Shown here: positions 62,570 through 64,000 of the stretch, in pieces
Position numbering within the stretch: position 1 is the stretch's first letter
Layout of the letters: every line of letters begins with the position of its first letter
DNA from: Podarcis pityusensis
Taxonomy: Eukaryota
Strand: one strand, 5' to 3'
DNA length: 64,000 nucleotides
Assembly: GCA_964106645.2 (NCBI GenBank)
Contig: OZ067043.1
Notes under the pieces: model-generated
Database searches by the model: none
Told to the model about the DNA's origin: nothing
The model's input: only the letters and a program-made list of their open reading frames with translations
Position numbers and translations under genes: made by a program

Positions 62570-62900
62570 TATTTAAGTGATGTAGGAGAGAAGATTGCAG
62601 TAACTAGTGAAGAATAACATCGTCTGCTTTGCTGTCAAATCACACAAAAATTTCAGTAATAGATTCTCATTCTGACACTCAATTCAATTCGAAGGTGATC
62701 CTGCTTTATCCCAACACATCAAATATTAAACACTCGTATTAGCCAGGGTGCTGTCGCCTTCCCCGGCTTAGAGACACGGCGTAGGAGGGGGAGGGAAAAA
62801 AAGGGGGGGACCCTTCTTCCCTTCACTCACTATAATATTCTCAATGTTATCTAAACATGCCTTCATACACTAGGCTCCTTATCAATTCTATTTGGGGGAG
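62570..62900. promoter_or_regulatory. Putative conserved non-coding element
   Basis: TE-free; TGTCAAATCA, ACATCAAA (TCF-like), TATTAAACA, retained CpGs. Confidence 0.45.
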
Positions 62901-64000
62901 GGAGGGGTACTTAAAATGGTATTAGTTGTGGGGAGCTGTATTATTCTGATTTCCAAAAGCTTTTCAATTTTGTGTGGAAAAAGCTTAAGAGGAAGCTGGG
63001 AAGGGAGGGGAAAAGGGGGGTGGGGAAAAGAGCTGGAGCAGGAGAGCGAGAGAAAGTCTAAGAAAGGGAAAAAGCAGCCAGCAGCTCTCGTTTGACGGAT
63101 GCCTTTCAACAAGGGCAGTCTAGCTTGTCAAAGCCCAGGCTGGAGATGAATTGGCATATCTATTCAGCCTGCCTCTGGATGTCATGCAATACAGTTTCAT
63201 ATTCCAAGATAAGGCTTGATAAGCAATTGCTGCCCTGACACCAGCTCCATCCACCCCTTGCCTTCCTGAGCACATGAGTGTGCACCACATCCCTCCGCTC
63301 AGCTGCTAATAAGCGGCACTCTGCTATTTTCAAATGCCTAGGTAAAAAAGTACCTGGAAACATCCCAGAAACTCCCCAAACACACACAGAAACCCACAGC
63401 AAAACACTATTAAAACAGTTAATGTTTAATTACTTTCCTTCCAATGTGCACTTCATGCTAAGCAGGCGTGGGGCACACATGCAAAGCACTCAGAGTGGTA
63501 CAGACACTGAACAGCAGGAATACCTTTGGGTGGAAATGCCTGCTGATTCAAGGGACAGAATTTGAGCAGAATTAGACCTGCCAGATTCAGAGCATGACCC
63601 AGCAGAAGTGGAAGGTTCAGGGGAACAGACAGAGGAGGAGGTGGTGGGCAGAAACAAGAACACAGGCCAGCTAGAATCCCTAAAGCAGCTACTGTAAAGA
63701 GACAAAACGATGGCTGGGTCTTCCTCAGGTGGGGAAAGATACCAGCTGTCAATAGATATCAGAGCCTTTTCTTTTATGGCAAAACTAGACAAGATGGTGG
63801 GAGTTCCATGACTGTACCCTCCCATGCTTTGTTTTGTAAGCCTAAAAAGCATCCATGGGGAGGGGATTGGGGCCACAGCCCTTGAGGGAATGTTAAACTT
63901 CCCTCACACCATTCTAAATTCCCCTGAAGCTGCCATTTGTCCAAGTGGAAACACATAGGAGCCTGTACCAATTCCCCCACAGGGCACATATATCAATTGG

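Noticed and set aside
62998-63025. G-quadruplex-capable purine tract, and the poly-G runs scattered through the window
   Set aside because: G/C homopolymers are common in squamate genomes; nothing here indicates function.
185-63989. The many short (mostly 60-140 aa) six-frame ORFs as host genes
   Set aside because: No recognisable domains, many use non-ATG starts, and the number is as expected by chance in vertebrate non-coding DNA. The only protein-like ones are TE-derived (42691, 43599, 56349).
1-64000. Prokaryotic-type systems (CRISPR, operons, retrons) or an endogenous virus
   Set aside because: No regularly spaced repeat-spacer array, no gene-dense region and no viral ORF; the only intact RT is a non-LTR L2 ORF2.

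Overview
This is vertebrate (squamate) nuclear DNA, most likely from a lacertid lizard (Podarcis/Lacerta/Zootoca-like), judged from POM-type, Sauria and Squam3 SINEs and the L2 3' tail. I recognise no host protein-coding exon, rRNA, intact tRNA or CRISPR array. The only long ORF (56349-59276) is the intact endonuclease + reverse transcriptase ORF2 of a young L2-clade LINE. Other transposon content: a degenerate, internally deleted CR1 (42.6-44.9 kb), CR1/L2/L1 3' fragments, a solo LTR with 5-bp TSD, Tc1/mariner and hAT MITEs with TSDs, several SINEs and a Penelope-like fragment. Between these lie about 17 TE-free, homeodomain-motif-rich blocks that look like conserved non-coding elements, suggesting a gene desert or large intron of a developmental regulator; I cannot name the gene, and conservation is inferred, not measured. 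The most unusual signal is a run of same-orientation local duplications at 30.2-45.4 kb: three putative enhancer cores each have a diverged twin 1.4-4.1 kb downstream, and an exact 70-bp copy ends in a perfect 12-bp hairpin. Family names are from my recall of consensus sequences and need RepeatMasker/Dfam confirmation.
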